A stretch of DNA of 64,000 nucleotides from the human T2T-CHM13v2.0 reference genome, Homo sapiens, in NCBI RefSeq assembly GCF_009914755.1, contig NC_060936.1. One strand, 5' to 3'. This document shows, piece after piece, positions 25,151-37,945 of the stretch (within the stretch, counting starts at the first letter, position 1; every line of letters starts with the position of its first letter). Position numbers and translations under genes: made by a program. The notes below the pieces were generated by a model that was given only the letters and a program-made list of their open reading frames with translations, had not been told where the DNA came from and ran no database searches.

Positions 25151-26475
25151 CATGCATATTTAAAGAATTGTCTCCGACTTCAATACCTAATATGATACCG
25201 ATTTAATAAGTCTTTTTTGAATAAGTAAAGTCATGCAAATATTCCGGAACTCAGTTTTCTCTTTAATACTGGGTCTAATGAAAACTTAGACAAGGTTATT
25301 GTGAGGGTTAAATGATGTATTGGATATACAGCATTATAAACATACAAGGTATTTCTATTGTTCTTTTTTATAAAAGTGAAATGACATTAGCAAAATAGAT
25401 TATAGAATTAAATTAGCTTCAACACTTTTTGCTTTGAAAGTGTATTGTTACTGTGTATTAGACTATTATTTCACTTGTTATACTATTGGTTGGCACTGGG
25501 GAAAAGGTGAAAAATGTGAGGATTTGACCCTGACCCCTGGAATCTCAGAAAACAACCTCATAACAAGGCACAGTTTGCAATATGTGTTTGTTTAATATTA
25601 ACCAACCTGTGAAGCTGAACAGCCCCATGGTACATATTTACCCCTGAACCTGTCATCAGCGCCAGTGTTTAAACATGCAAGTGTACTGGCAGATTTGGGG
25701 GGTTGGTTGGCTTTGCTTTGGGTTAATCTTTTTTGTGAGATTGATAAAACATGAAGACCCAAAGATGTACCACGACACACTTTCCAAATGCTAAAGTAAG
25801 TGACCTACATTTCACTTACACTGTACCATTTGATGTTGCTGAGCATTTTAGTACTAATTGCCAAAACAGCCACACAGTTTTGGTCTAATCACATTCAGTA
25901 GAATCAAATATAAGACGTTTTTAATCATTATGAATCAGTGCATGGATTAGCTGGCAGCAAGAATGGATGACTGGCTCTCTTTGAGGCAGTTTCTTGATCA
26001 AACAAGACAACATGCTTGTCTTGGACAAGATACATGGGAATCTCCCATCTTTACATCTCTTAAATTCAAGGCAGTCTTGCAAGCATGCATACATGCTACT
26101 TCTCATTAATTTGAGGTTAACCTGGCTAAGATTGCTTAGAATTTGAGCTGAAGACTAAAAGGCTGTGGTGTCAAATACTTTATTAGGTCCAGTTTCACTC
26201 ATTCTTTGAGATTTAGAAATGAGGAGTTTTATTCATTTCAGTGTGGAGAAATAGATCACGTACCATGGCTTTGTGGCATGAGTTTTCACCTAAAATGCTT
26301 AAAAAACAATTTTCTTCCAAAGCTTTGCATTATCTCATGTAATCACAGTTATTCTATGTTATGGTTGCTAAAATTATTTGAGAATAATTGAATAGAAGAT
26401 GTATATGAGATAGTATACTGTATTAACTAGATTTTTGGGCAAAATGACTTTTCAAGGATTATAAATGGCTAAAGG

Positions 26476-26528
<53 letters not shown>
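26476..26528. repeat. Compound (TA)n(CA)n microsatellite
   Basis: Directly visible. Confidence 0.97.
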
Positions 26529-29500
26529 GAGATTGAGAATATGAATCATATTGAGATGGCCTTCCTTTTATCTCTTGAGTAGACTGGTAAATTAAGACCA
26601 CTTTTTGCTCGTTATTCAACTCTTCCCTTCCTCTCTTCCATCCTTCCCTTTCTTCCTTTTTTATTTTTGCACAGAGCAGTAACTTAGTAAAGAAGGCATG
26701 TGTCTAGTTTATTTACTTTTCTTCAATGAGATAATTTACAACCTTAGAACATGGCCTGGGATAGAGTAAGAGCTAAATAAATATTAGTTGCTGTTGTTGT
26801 TGGCTGTATATTTTTAAATCAGTGGACTCCATAAAATCGCCTAGGCACACAATATTTTAAGGGAATCTATTCATAAGCAGTAGATTATTTTGAATTCAGA
26901 ATAACGATCAAATATTAAATAACTAAACTCCAATTCAAAAATTTAATTCTGTATTTCTTGGCTAAAAATCAGATGACAAATTTAATTCGTAGGCCTCCAG
27001 GCAAACATTTCAGGAATGGTTCCCAACTTTTGTTATTAATAATATTAACAGGTCCCCAGGAGAGATGGCTTTCTTTAGTAGGTCCCTTAAAATATCCAGC
27101 CACTTGGGCATTAGCATTCCTTGTCTTGTGTTAACTTGTTAAGGAGTTAACGTTTCATACATAGAAAGCCCTGAAAAAATATATATTTAAAGAGAAATGC
27201 TGACATGGTCTTAATTCCTCCAGCACTGCTGCAACATCTGTTAACTGTAGTCTGACATTTAATAAAATATATGGACTTGCCATAGCAATGTCTGCAACAC
27301 AAAGAGTATACGTGTTTCTAAGATAAAGAAAACTTTTTCTTTTAAAGAAACATACAAAAATATGTTAGTGATAGGCACCAATGAGATATTCTGCAAAATG
27401 GAAATGTGTATAGCAGCAATATTTTAATATGAGACCATAGAATACTTCTAAACCCTTAGAAAATTTCTAAGTTACTTATTATTATTACTTTACAAAAGGA
27501 ATCTTAAAGGGTAATATTTGGATGCATAATATTGACTCTGGCAAAAAACACAAAACCATACATGTAAGAATTTGGGGTCATGACTGTCACTTTAGAAAAA
27601 GCATAATACATAAATATAATGTCTTTGTTTTCTTTTGCCTGACACTTTCTGTATGTCTGAAGTATAATTTGTGAAAAGTGAACCTCAAAAAACTTTAAAA
27701 AACAGACAAAAAACATTCTATACCTATTTCTAAAGTATATGCATAAAACGTTGCTTCAACTTCTATAGAAATAAAAATACGGGCAGCTGATTAGGCCTTC
27801 TTTCGGCCTCAATCAGCATATTTGGTGGCCTAAACCTTATAGGGAATTTGAAGCCTACCACACTTGACTGTTTCCCCATTTTCCCTATTTAGAAGGTGTG
27901 CACTCATTTATTTTTGCTCAGTTAATTCTAGTGGAGAATAAAGGAGTAATAAAAAATGTATTCACATGGCTACTGAACGGTTTTCTAAATTTTTTTGCAA
28001 AACAAAATATTTATAATGGTAGAAACTCAGAAATATATGCATATATATTAGTCTTACTGAGAGAATTACAAAGGGGCACCAAATGGGCTTTTAATTTCAA
28101 TTCTGATGAAAAATTCAGAAAGTAACTATGTAGGAAGTAACAGCTCAGAGGTATTGGGAGATCTTGGCATAGAATAACCTCTTACCCAGTTGAGGGAATC
28201 AAATTCCTGAAAAGTCCATGACCGGAAAATTTCAGGTAGAGTAGCTTAATAGCTTAAGGGGAAGATATGGTTTATGCAGTTGGGGCCAGGCTTGTGTATA
28301 TCTGTAAAACATTTTCACACAAATAAAAGTAAAAAAAAATCACCAATGATATTTTTACATAGTTTTAAGTGGCAATAATAAATACAATTAAATTTTGAGT
28401 TCCCACCTTTTGCTCACTAAAAAAGTTTCTAGAGTGGTTCTGTACAAGAGTTCCAACAACAGCAAACTCATACGACTTTGTTGTAGATAAACACATACCA
28501 GAGGAAATGTTTGGCCTTTTTCTATCAAGACATCCAATGCCTTTTTGATTTTATGGATTAGAGGAATTGTCTCCTGCTTGCTAACTCCCAGTGTTGGTTC
28601 AGGAACAGGACTCACTTAGATGCTTGACAGGGAGAAACTTCTGATAACTTTAATTGACCTACTAGGTCTAGATGAGTAGATATTTCTCAAGCTTGTTCCT
28701 CTGCCTCTCAAAGCAGAGGTTTTTAACCTGGTGCACGAAAACGATATCACAAGGTACAAATTGCCAACCCTTCTTGCACTTATTGTTGCTCCCTCCCCTG
28801 AAACCAAAACCCAGTTCTAAGGCCTTACCTGAAGCCCCAGGAGCCTCTTATGTCTTCTAAGCCTTTGGACAAAAGGATCTCCTCTCACTGTGCTTCCATT
28901 TATATTCCCTTTCTATCAGTGAGCCCCTGGGTCTTACTCTTTTTCTCTTAATTATTCTTAATCAGACTGACTGGGATTTGCATATATGATGTTAAATTCA
29001 TGCAACTTCCTAAAAGATACATTGAAGCAAATTCATACTATGATTTTTGCATAGCTGACTGCAGTTAAAATTAATTCCTATTAGTAAAATTACTTAGATA
29101 TACTAATAAAGTAATAGAAAATTATTATTAATAAAGGTTATATGTTCTTTAAAAATATTTTCTAGTATAGGTGAATTGAGTAAACATAAAGTGTTAAATT
29201 TGCTTATTTTTTCAAGAGTTGAATAGAATAAAGAGAAATAATACAAAAGTGAGAAGATGACAGGTTTTTGTAAAAGTTTGCTTTTGACTTTCATCTTGGG
29301 AAAATAAGACCTGCATGTTCATCTGTCATTGTAGTAGGGAGAACATGTAAGTGTGACCTTCATAATCCATGCTAGCATTTGTTTGTTATGAGATAATCCA
29401 ATGGTTTGTGTCTTGCTGTCACTCATCTTCTGGGAGTATTCTGTAAACTATTGGTAGGTTACAGGGGCATGTCAGTGAGTTCTGCCACACTAGAGTCTTA

Positions 29501-30319
29501 AGAGAAGCAGCTTAGACAAAACCTATGAACCACCTTTATATGAGTCATATTTTCATTCATCCCAAACCAGTTCCCTATTTTATTTAAATATTATTTATAT
29601 GCTGATTATTTTAGCTAAATCAGATTTGCAGAATGAGAAAAGCAAGTAAATTGTTCCTTAAACATGATTTTTCATGATCCTTGGCAAAAGTGTTATAATC
29701 TAGACCCCAAAGTGAAAGGTCTGATTACTTAGTTTTGGTAATATAGTACAACTCATTTTTACTTCTTTATTATGAAAAAATTTAAATTTAAACATAAGTA
29801 GATGGAGTAATATAAGGAACCCTCAGCTGGCATTATCCAATATCAACTGTGGCCAATCATTACATCTAAACCACTGTGCCCCCTCTCCCATTATTTTAAG
29901 GTAAATCCCAGATACATAATTGCATAATAAATATTTCTATGTATATCAGTAATAGAAAAATACTTTTAAAATGTAGCCATGTGGGACAATTTTAAAAATC
30001 AAAACAACACTTAGTGTTTACTGGTTATATCTTGCAATCTTACAGAAAGTTGAGCAAGTGCCTCTGGGTGAGTAGACCAGTACATTTTGAAACCTGATTG
30101 AAAGGACACTTCAGACAGGCTGAGTTCTTTCAGGAAGAAATGTTAGGTAAATCATGGGTATTAAAGTGGAATTGATCAAAATTAGGCAACATATAGCCTG
30201 GAGGATCCTCAGGGCAACAGAAGAAGAAATGACAATTTGCAATTTAAAAAAAAGGGAATCAATTTTATGAGGGTTAGATTGAAGAAGGCAGAATTTTGGA
30301 GTTTGAGAATGACATTTTA

Positions 30320-30990
30320 AAAGTCATGTAAATCAACACAATTCAGAATATGTGTAATTCTGTAAGACAACTAGATTTCATCATCAAATAAAACGTAAGA
30401 TGTGGAAAAAAGACATGAGAAGTTATTAACTCTGAGGACTGAAAGAGACTTAAAAGACTTATCAACCAATGAGAGTGAGAACCCTGTTTGGATTCTGATT
30501 CAAACTAACTAAGGGGAGGGAGGGGGAGAGAGAGAGAGAGAATATGAGAAATAAATGAACACTGCATGAATAATTGATAATATTAAGAAAATGTTGGTTT
30601 GATGAATATGCTAATTACCCAGATTTGATCATTACACATTATATATATGTATCAATATATCATTCTGTACCAATTATTAAATACCAATTAAAAATTAAAA
30701 TAAGAAAATAAATGTTGGTTATATTTAAGATGTGATGATATTTTAGTTATTCTTAAAGAGTTCTTTTCTTTTTGAGATACATAGTGATCATTCATGGATC
30801 AGATTATATGATGACTTAGATCGTCTTGGAAATAATTTAGTAATGATTGTGGTGGGGTAGCAGAGGAGAAAAGATGTGAGTATAGATAAACTACAACAGA
30901 CAAGTATTGATTATTGTTGAAACCAAGTGAAGCTGGAGATTCATTACACTATTCTCTGTACTTGGGAATGTTGAAAAATTTCCCAATTGA
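30320..30990 (+). mobile_element. Old L1M 3'UTR fragments
   Basis: Degenerate L1MC/ME-like 3'UTR motifs, with an embedded L1MA-like 3' end at ~30600-30710. Confidence 0.6.
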
Positions 30991-31234
30991 AAAGATTTGT
31001 TTAAATTTCCTAGTTTGGAACTACTACACATAGTTTTCTTGATAGTTCCCTCGAAAGTTTGAAAGAAGATACTACAAATTCTTTCAGTCAACCAGAAGTA
31101 TTAATTAACTAGCACTCTTGAGTTGTGCCATTATAGATGAAATTTATAATGATGACTCCGAGGCACTCTGAAACATTGAAAAGTTAAATTATGTGCAACA
31201 AAATTTTGATTTTAAAGTGGGCCTCACTGTGTTG

Positions 31235-33330
31235 TTTTAACAGCTTTATTGAGGTATGACTGATATAAAACAAATTATACATACTTAATGTATACAACGA
31301 TGAGTTTGGACATGTCTATACACTTGTGAAACTGTCACCATGGTCAATGTAATAGATATATCCATCACCTTCAAAAGTTTCTTTGTGTCCTTTTGTTTAG
31401 TTTTGTTTGAGATAAGAACACTTAACATGAAATCTACCCTATTAACAACACTTTCGTGCCTAACGATAGGCATTATGCTATACAGCAGATCTCTAGAACT
31501 AACTCATCTTGCATAATTAAAACTTTATGCCAATTTAAGAGCAACTCTCCATTCCCCACTTCTTCCAGCCCCTGGTAACCACCATTCTATTCTCTGCTTC
31601 TGAGTTTGACTACTCTAGCTACTTCATATAATTGGAGTCATGCAGGATTTGTCCTTCCGTGACTGGCTTATTTCACTTAGCATATTGTTCTCCAGGTTCA
31701 TCCATGTTGTCACAAATAGCAGGATTTCCTTCTTTATCAAGGCTGGGTAATATTTCATTTTATGTATATACCACGTTTTCTTTATCTATTCATCTGTCCA
31801 TGGACATTTTGGTTGTTTCCATAACTTGGCTATTGTGAATAGCGCAGCAATGAACATAGGAGTGCAGGTATCGCTCTGAGATTTTGATTTCAATTCTTTT
31901 GGATATATACCCAGAAAGTGGGATTGTAGGATCATATAGTAGTTCTATTTTTAATTTTTTAGGAACCTCCATACTGTTTTCCATATTGCCTGTACTAATT
32001 TATATCTGCACCAACAGTGTACAAGTGTTCCCTTTTCTCCATATGTTTGCTAACATTTGTTATCTTTTGTGTTTTTGATAATAGCCGTCCTAATGTGTGT
32101 GTGGTGATATTTCATTGTGATTTTAATTTGCATGTCCTGATGATTACTGATGTTGAGCATCTTTTCATATACCTGTTGGCCATTCGTATGTCTTTTTGAA
32201 TAAATGTCTATTCAAGTCCTTCGATCCTTTTTTAAATCATGTTATTTGTTATGTAGGTGTTCCTTATATATTTTGGATATTAATTTCATCAGATACATGG
32301 TTTGCAAATACTTTCTCCCATTCCGCAGGTTGCCTTTTCATTCTATTGATTATTTCCTTCGCTGTGCAGAAGCCTTTTAGTTTGATGTAGTACTGCGTGT
32401 CTATTTTTGCTTTTTTGCCTGTGCTTTTGGTGTCATATCCAATAAATCACTGCTAAGACCAATGTTAAAAAGTTTTTCCCTATGTTTTATCCTAGGAGTT
32501 TTACAGTTTCAAGTCTTACATTCAAGTTTTTAATCCATTTTTAGTTTTTTGTTGTTTATGATGTAAGATAAAGGTCCAATTTCATTCTTTTGCATGTGGA
32601 TATACAGTTTTCCCAACACCATTTGTTGAAGAGGCTATGTTTTCCCTATTGTGTGTTCTTGGGACCCTTGTTGAAGATCAGTTGGCCATATATGTGTGGG
32701 CTTACTTCTGGGCTCTCTATGCCATTCTATTGATCTATCACTCTCTTTATGCCAATACCATACAGCTTTTGTTGTCTTGTTTGTTTTTTGGTACCATATT
32801 TTTTCAGTTACTATAGCTTTGTAATATATTTTGAAATCAGGAAGTATGATGGCTCCAGCTTTGTTCTTTAATAAAATCACTTTGGCTATTTTGAGTCTTT
32901 CATGGTTCCATATAAATTTTATGATTATTTTTCCTATTTCTGTAAAAAATGCCATTGGGATTTTGATGAGGACAGCATCGAATTTGTAGCTCACTGTGGA
33001 TAGTATGGGCATTTTAACGATGTTAAGTCTTCCATTCCATTAACCCAAGATGTGTTCCCATTTATTTTCTGCTTTAATTTCTTTCATTTACCTTTTATAG
33101 TTTTCAGTACATAGGACTTTTACCTCTTTAATTACGTTCATTCCTTAGGAATGTTACTATAAACGTGATTGTTTTGTTAATTTCCTGACAGAATAGTTCA
33201 TTGTCAACATATAGAAATCTAACTGATTTTGTATGTTGATTTTGTATCCTGCAACTTTACTGAATTTGCTTACTAGATTCAAGAGTTTATTGTGGGGTCT
33301 TTAGGATTCTTCTACATGTAAGATCATGAA
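31235..33330 (-). mobile_element. L1MA/L1MB element, 3' ~2.1 kb
   Basis: Reverse L1 3' end (TTTAACAGCTTTATTGAGGTATGACTGA...). Minus-strand ORF fragments resemble the L1 ORF2 C-terminus ([11 protein letters not shown]..., [12 protein letters not shown]..., [15 protein letters not shown]). Confidence 0.93.
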
Positions 33331-35759
33331 ATGTATGCATATGAAATGTGCATGTATGCACCACACCCCTTAATTCGCTTTTTTGACATCTTTGGGAGGG
33401 TGTTATTTTGACACACACGTACACATAGGGTTCCAATCACTTAACAAAGGGTAATTATTTAAGATACAGTCACAGGAATAGAATAAAGCTAGAATCTCTT
33501 ACCAAAAATAAAATCTGTGCCAAACATACATATTTTTATGAGACCTAAGATGGGAAGACTCCTTCTATTTGTTTCTGTCTCAGTGGGTGGGTAACTGGAG
33601 ATTCTGTCTTCCTAGTTGATAGGCATAAAGGGACCCTACCCCTTCTTATGACAGCAATTAGGGTTGAGAGACAACTTACTCAAAGACCAAAGCTAATAAG
33701 GTCCTGGCATGATAGCTGAGCCAAAACTCACAACCCACTGTCTAACTTCTGAGCCCAGCTCCTAAGACAGTCCATCACCACTGGGCACCTACTTTATGTT
33801 GAACATGATTCAAAAGATAGGATCCCTGTCTCCAAGACACGTGGAAATGAACTGGAGAGCTGAGGCAAATAGAGTAGGTTTTGTATAGGAAGAATGGTGT
33901 GACTTCAGAGACAGAAGAGTGGATTCCAGGCAGCGGACATGGGATCAGAAGTTTGACCTTGGAAACAACAAACAAGAGTCTACTTCAGCTAAAATAGAAT
34001 GTTTGTATAGAGTTTGGCTGAGGTTGATCTTGACTACCAGATTAAGAAGTTTAAACTTTAAGGAATTTTGGTATAAAGAATAATGGAAAGCATTATATTT
34101 GGTTTAATTCTTCAATGTGGGTACCATGATAATATTATGAAATAGTTTTAAAGTAATTATGCAACATACACAGTTTAACATATAGTTTAAAAGTAATTAT
34201 ACAATGCACATAAGGCATTTCTATTTTACTTTTCTTTCAAAAACTGCATTACTTCCCTTCAAAGAAAAAGCTTTAAAAAATCAGAAAACAACCCTCCCAT
34301 CACCCTGTAAAAAACAATGCCTGCAATGTTGAGCATCATAGTCAATATATTTACATTTCTTATCACACCTTCCTAATGACTGTCATCATTAGTCAAATAA
34401 GTAAACAGTATAAGAGCGGTATGCAAAATTCAGTGGGTCTTTTGTTTGGTCTCGTGACTTACAGAGAAGTGTTCATTCCCTCAAGTTTATAGAATTAAAT
34501 TATCTGCCCTGCCCACACACACAGGAGATATGACCCAGAAGAACAGCCTGCAAAGCAATGTGAGATATCTAATGTTTACTTAAAATAAAATACATTATAA
34601 AGACAGCACAAATGATTCTATTCCATTTCAAAAGACTCAGAAAAGCAGATCTACCTATAAAAAGAGTTATAAATTATTTTAGCTGTGATGTTTCTTCATG
34701 TTGAGACTTTGGAACCACCATTGCCAGCTACACTCCATCCTTTCCCAAGATTTAGGACAAGGAATATTTTTCTGGTAACAGAAATCATTAAAACAGAGAC
34801 TCAGGGCAATGCATTCAGTTAAACTCAAGTCTAGTCAGGGCTCCAGACTGACTGTTTCGTTCTGTGAATTGACAATATGTCTCTGAAATTCCAGAATGTG
34901 AAATTCCGAAACCTCAACGGGATATTTACAAATGCTTTCAGATAGTAGTGAATATTTTGTTCTCTTCTCTCTTTGGAGGTGGGAGGAATTCTTCAATGGG
35001 TACGGGCTGAAGGGAGGGATTTAGCCTAAGCCTTCCAGGTACTATTCAGAAGTGATGCATTTCCCTTGGCTAGTTACAGCCTCCAGTTTCAAGGTTTCTC
35101 ATGCTTGTGAGCATGCAGATAAAGAATAACATTTCATTTTAAAACCTGATTTGAAGGGACCTCTGGGAGACCTCCTCCCAGCAGCAGATGAGGTGGAGGT
35201 GAAAGTAGTGTAACACTGACAGTCTCTGAACCTGAACATCTGCCCTTGATAGTTGCCCTTGGGCTAAAGATGCTGTTTTGGGCTCTGGGTGACCCCTGTC
35301 AAACCCAATAGCTACTCACTGTCATTTCCAGCCATGCCACTGTCCCTCAGTTGGCAGTATGTGTCTGAGCATAGATTGGCAGGGAACTTCCGATTGCAGA
35401 GGCATTGTTTTGATTCATTTCAAGAACTCTGAAATGTCTTAACTAAGGTAAAGTAACAGATTACTGTACCAATGTAAAAATTTTAAAAGGTACTAGATTT
35501 TATACCTTATTGTCTAAGTACATACTTTTTTTCTGTCCTGTTCCTTTTCTCCTTTCCAATCCTCCAGTGTTTTAAATGAATATGGAGTGTATACATCCTT
35601 TTGCCCTAACACAAACAAATGTCATTTTGAAAATAAAAATATTCACATTTCGTCCTCACACTTTTCACCTCTTCAAGTGCCCTCAAGTACCTCCTTAATC
35701 CCACTGAAGTTCCAAGTTTCACTGATTTAAAAAGCAAAGGAAAATGTGCAGCACTAGAT

Positions 35760-36263
35760 AGAGTCAAACAACTGGAATGCTACTTAGCATGAAAAACGAC
35801 CAAACTATCCATCTACTCAATAACTTGCATGGATCTCAAGAGCATCAAGTTGAGTGTAAAAAGAAAAAAACTCAGTCTCAAAAAGATCACATGCAGTATG
35901 ATTCCATTTATATAATAGTTTCAGAACGATGAAAATATAGAGATGGAAAACAAGTGGTTGCCGGGGTAGCGAGGAGCAGGTGGAGATAATGATAAAGAGG
36001 TGGAACAAGGGAGATCTTATGCAAGATACAGGTGGAAGTTCTGCATCTTGACAGGCCTATAGTGGGTCAGATTGCACAAATCTACACATGTGGCAAAATG
36101 GCATAGAAACTATACACACATTATTCCAATGTCAGCTTCCTGGGTTTAATATTATACTAAAGTGTGTCAGATGTAACCACTGGAGGAAACCAGGTGAAAG
36201 GTTTAGGTGGCCTCTCTGTGCAACTGGATGCAAATATATAATTACTTTAATATACAAAGTTTA
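35760..36263 (+). mobile_element. Old L1M (L1MC/ME-like) 3' end
   Basis: CATGGATCTCAAGAGCAT...CAGTCTCAAAAGATCACATGCAGTATGATTCCATTTATATAA...AAGTGGTTGCCGGGG. Confidence 0.75.
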
Positions 36264-36535
36264 AATGTCAGCTTCCTGGGTTTAATATTGTACTAAAGTG
36301 TGTCAGGTGTAACCACTGGAGGAAACCAGGTGAAAGGTTTAGGTGGCCTCTCTGTGCAACTGGATGCGAACCTATAATTACTTTAATATACGAAGTTTAA
36401 ATGTCAGCTTCCTGGGTTTAATATTGTACTAAAGTGTGTCAGATGTAACCCCTGGAGGAAACCAGGTGAAAGGTTTAGGTGGCCTCTCTGTGCAACTGGA
36501 TGCAAATTTATAATTACTTTAATATACAAAGTTTA
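36128..36535. repeat. Tandem repeat, 3 x 136 bp, followed by (TA)n to ~36556
   Basis: Unit AATGTCAGCTTCCTGGGTTTAATATT...CAAAGTTTA starts at 36128, 36264 and 36400; the copies differ by only a few substitutions. Confidence 0.97.
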
Positions 36536-37059
36536 TATATATATATATATATATATTCCTTACAGATGCCTCTGTACAGAAAGAATAATGAAATATAGCA
36601 TAGTGGCACATGCCAAAAATGTGTCAGATACCTTCTTTAAAGCATACTGTTACTAAAGAATTACTAAAGTATTGCTTCAAAAGATAAGAAGGAATAAAAC
36701 AGTAATGACTGCATTCTCAGGACTGCAATAAAATAGCTCTGTTTTCCAGTGTTCTCAACCTTTGGATTGCTTTTCAGGCATTCACAAAGCAAAGTGGGAA
36801 ACACGAACCCTTTTAGTTAGATCCCTTTAACAATAGAGGTCAGTTTGGTCATACGGTTTTAAAGAATACTCTGCATCCTTGAAACACATTCCTCCCATTT
36901 GGAAAAATTCCAGAAACAAGACTATAGCCTGAATAGCACTATCTAGCATGCACGAAACGCTTCTTAAAAGCAAGGACTGCCACAGCCTCTCTTCTTAATG
37001 AATCCCTCCCACCCACCTCGTTTTTCAGTGCTTTGCAGTATGTCTTTTTCTCTTTCCCC

Positions 37060-37460
37060 TTCCACGTTCGTCTCACCCACTCTCCTGGACCCTCTAACCA
37101 AGTTGCCACGCAAAAGCAGCAAGCAAACCTGTGTGAGTGGGGTGTCCCGAGGCGGCAGCCTCCCGCGATCCTCCGTGCACGCCACCACCCGGCTCATGCT
37201 CCAGGCGCTGCGCACACCCCAGTGGCCGCCCAGGACGTGCGGTCACTGGAGAGCCCCCAGCCACGCCCCTAGATGCTGCTGGGCGGCCTGCAGGAGTACC
37301 AACATTGCAGACAGAACAGCGACCTATCCCGCCGTAAGCCAAAGTTGCCTGTTGGTAAATTGCGTCTTTTTTCTTTTTCTTCAACATCTTTATAGTACCG
37401 CGAGTGTACCCAGTGTTATTAAATTATGCCAAAACAAAGAGCAAAGTCCCTGCCCTTAGG
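37060..37460. promoter_or_regulatory. Small CpG island / proximal SLC38A4 promoter
   Basis: Abrupt rise in GC and CpG density against an AT-rich background. DR1/HNF4-like AGAGCAAAGTCCC at 37438-37450. Confidence 0.8.
37129..37225 (-). other. SLC38A4: SLC38A4 non-coding first exon (proximal promoter); 5' end approximate
   Basis: Lies in a CpG-rich island; donor CAG|GTTTGC at 37128. The TSS cannot be fixed from sequence alone. Confidence 0.75.
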
Positions 37461-37664
37461 AGTATGCAGTGTAAAATGAATAAATGACGCAAGGCAAAAT
37501 GACAGGACAAACACAGGGTGGGTAGAAAGAGTTACGAGTGAAAGGGAAGGTAGAAACAATAAGACTTTCACTGGACCAAAACATGGAAAGGCTGTTAGGG
37601 CCCCAAATCTTCATAGCAGATTATAGAAATGAAGAATTGCGATAATATCTATAGTAGCAATCCT

Positions 37665-37945
37665 ATTTTATTGAGTGTTTACGTGCCATGCAGTATCATC
37701 ATCACAATAATTCTATACCATAGCTGTTGTTTTAAAAAGTGCCAGATATGATTCTAAATGTTTTACAAATATTCACTAATTTGATCCTCCTAAAATCCCT
37801 GTGAGGTTGGAACTATTATTTTCCCCATTTCAGAGATGAGTGAAGCAATAAAGTGGACTGACTTGCTCAAGGTAACTCAGGCAAAAAGTGGGAGAGCCAA
37901 AATTGGAACCCAGGAAGTTGGATGGTAGAGTCAAGATCTGAGCCC
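37665..37945 (-). mobile_element. MIR SINE fragments
   Basis: CCCTGTGAGGTTGGAACTATTATTTTCCCCATTTCAGAGATGAG...ACTTGCTCAAGGTAAC. Confidence 0.75.

Noticed and set aside
27786-27817. Small hairpin GCTGATTAGGCC-ttctttc-GGCCTCAATCAGC
   Set aside because: A 12-bp stem with a bulge; plausible by chance or as a DNA-transposon remnant. No RNA-gene features.
36128-36535. Repeat array considered as CRISPR-like
   Set aside because: Head-to-tail 136-bp units with no unique spacers, derived from L1, in a primate genome.
36964-37459. Overlapping 66-153 aa ORFs over the proximal CpG island
   Set aside because: Stop-poor GC-rich DNA gives ORFs in many frames, with no recognisable homology. Only the spliced exon-1 uORF was kept.
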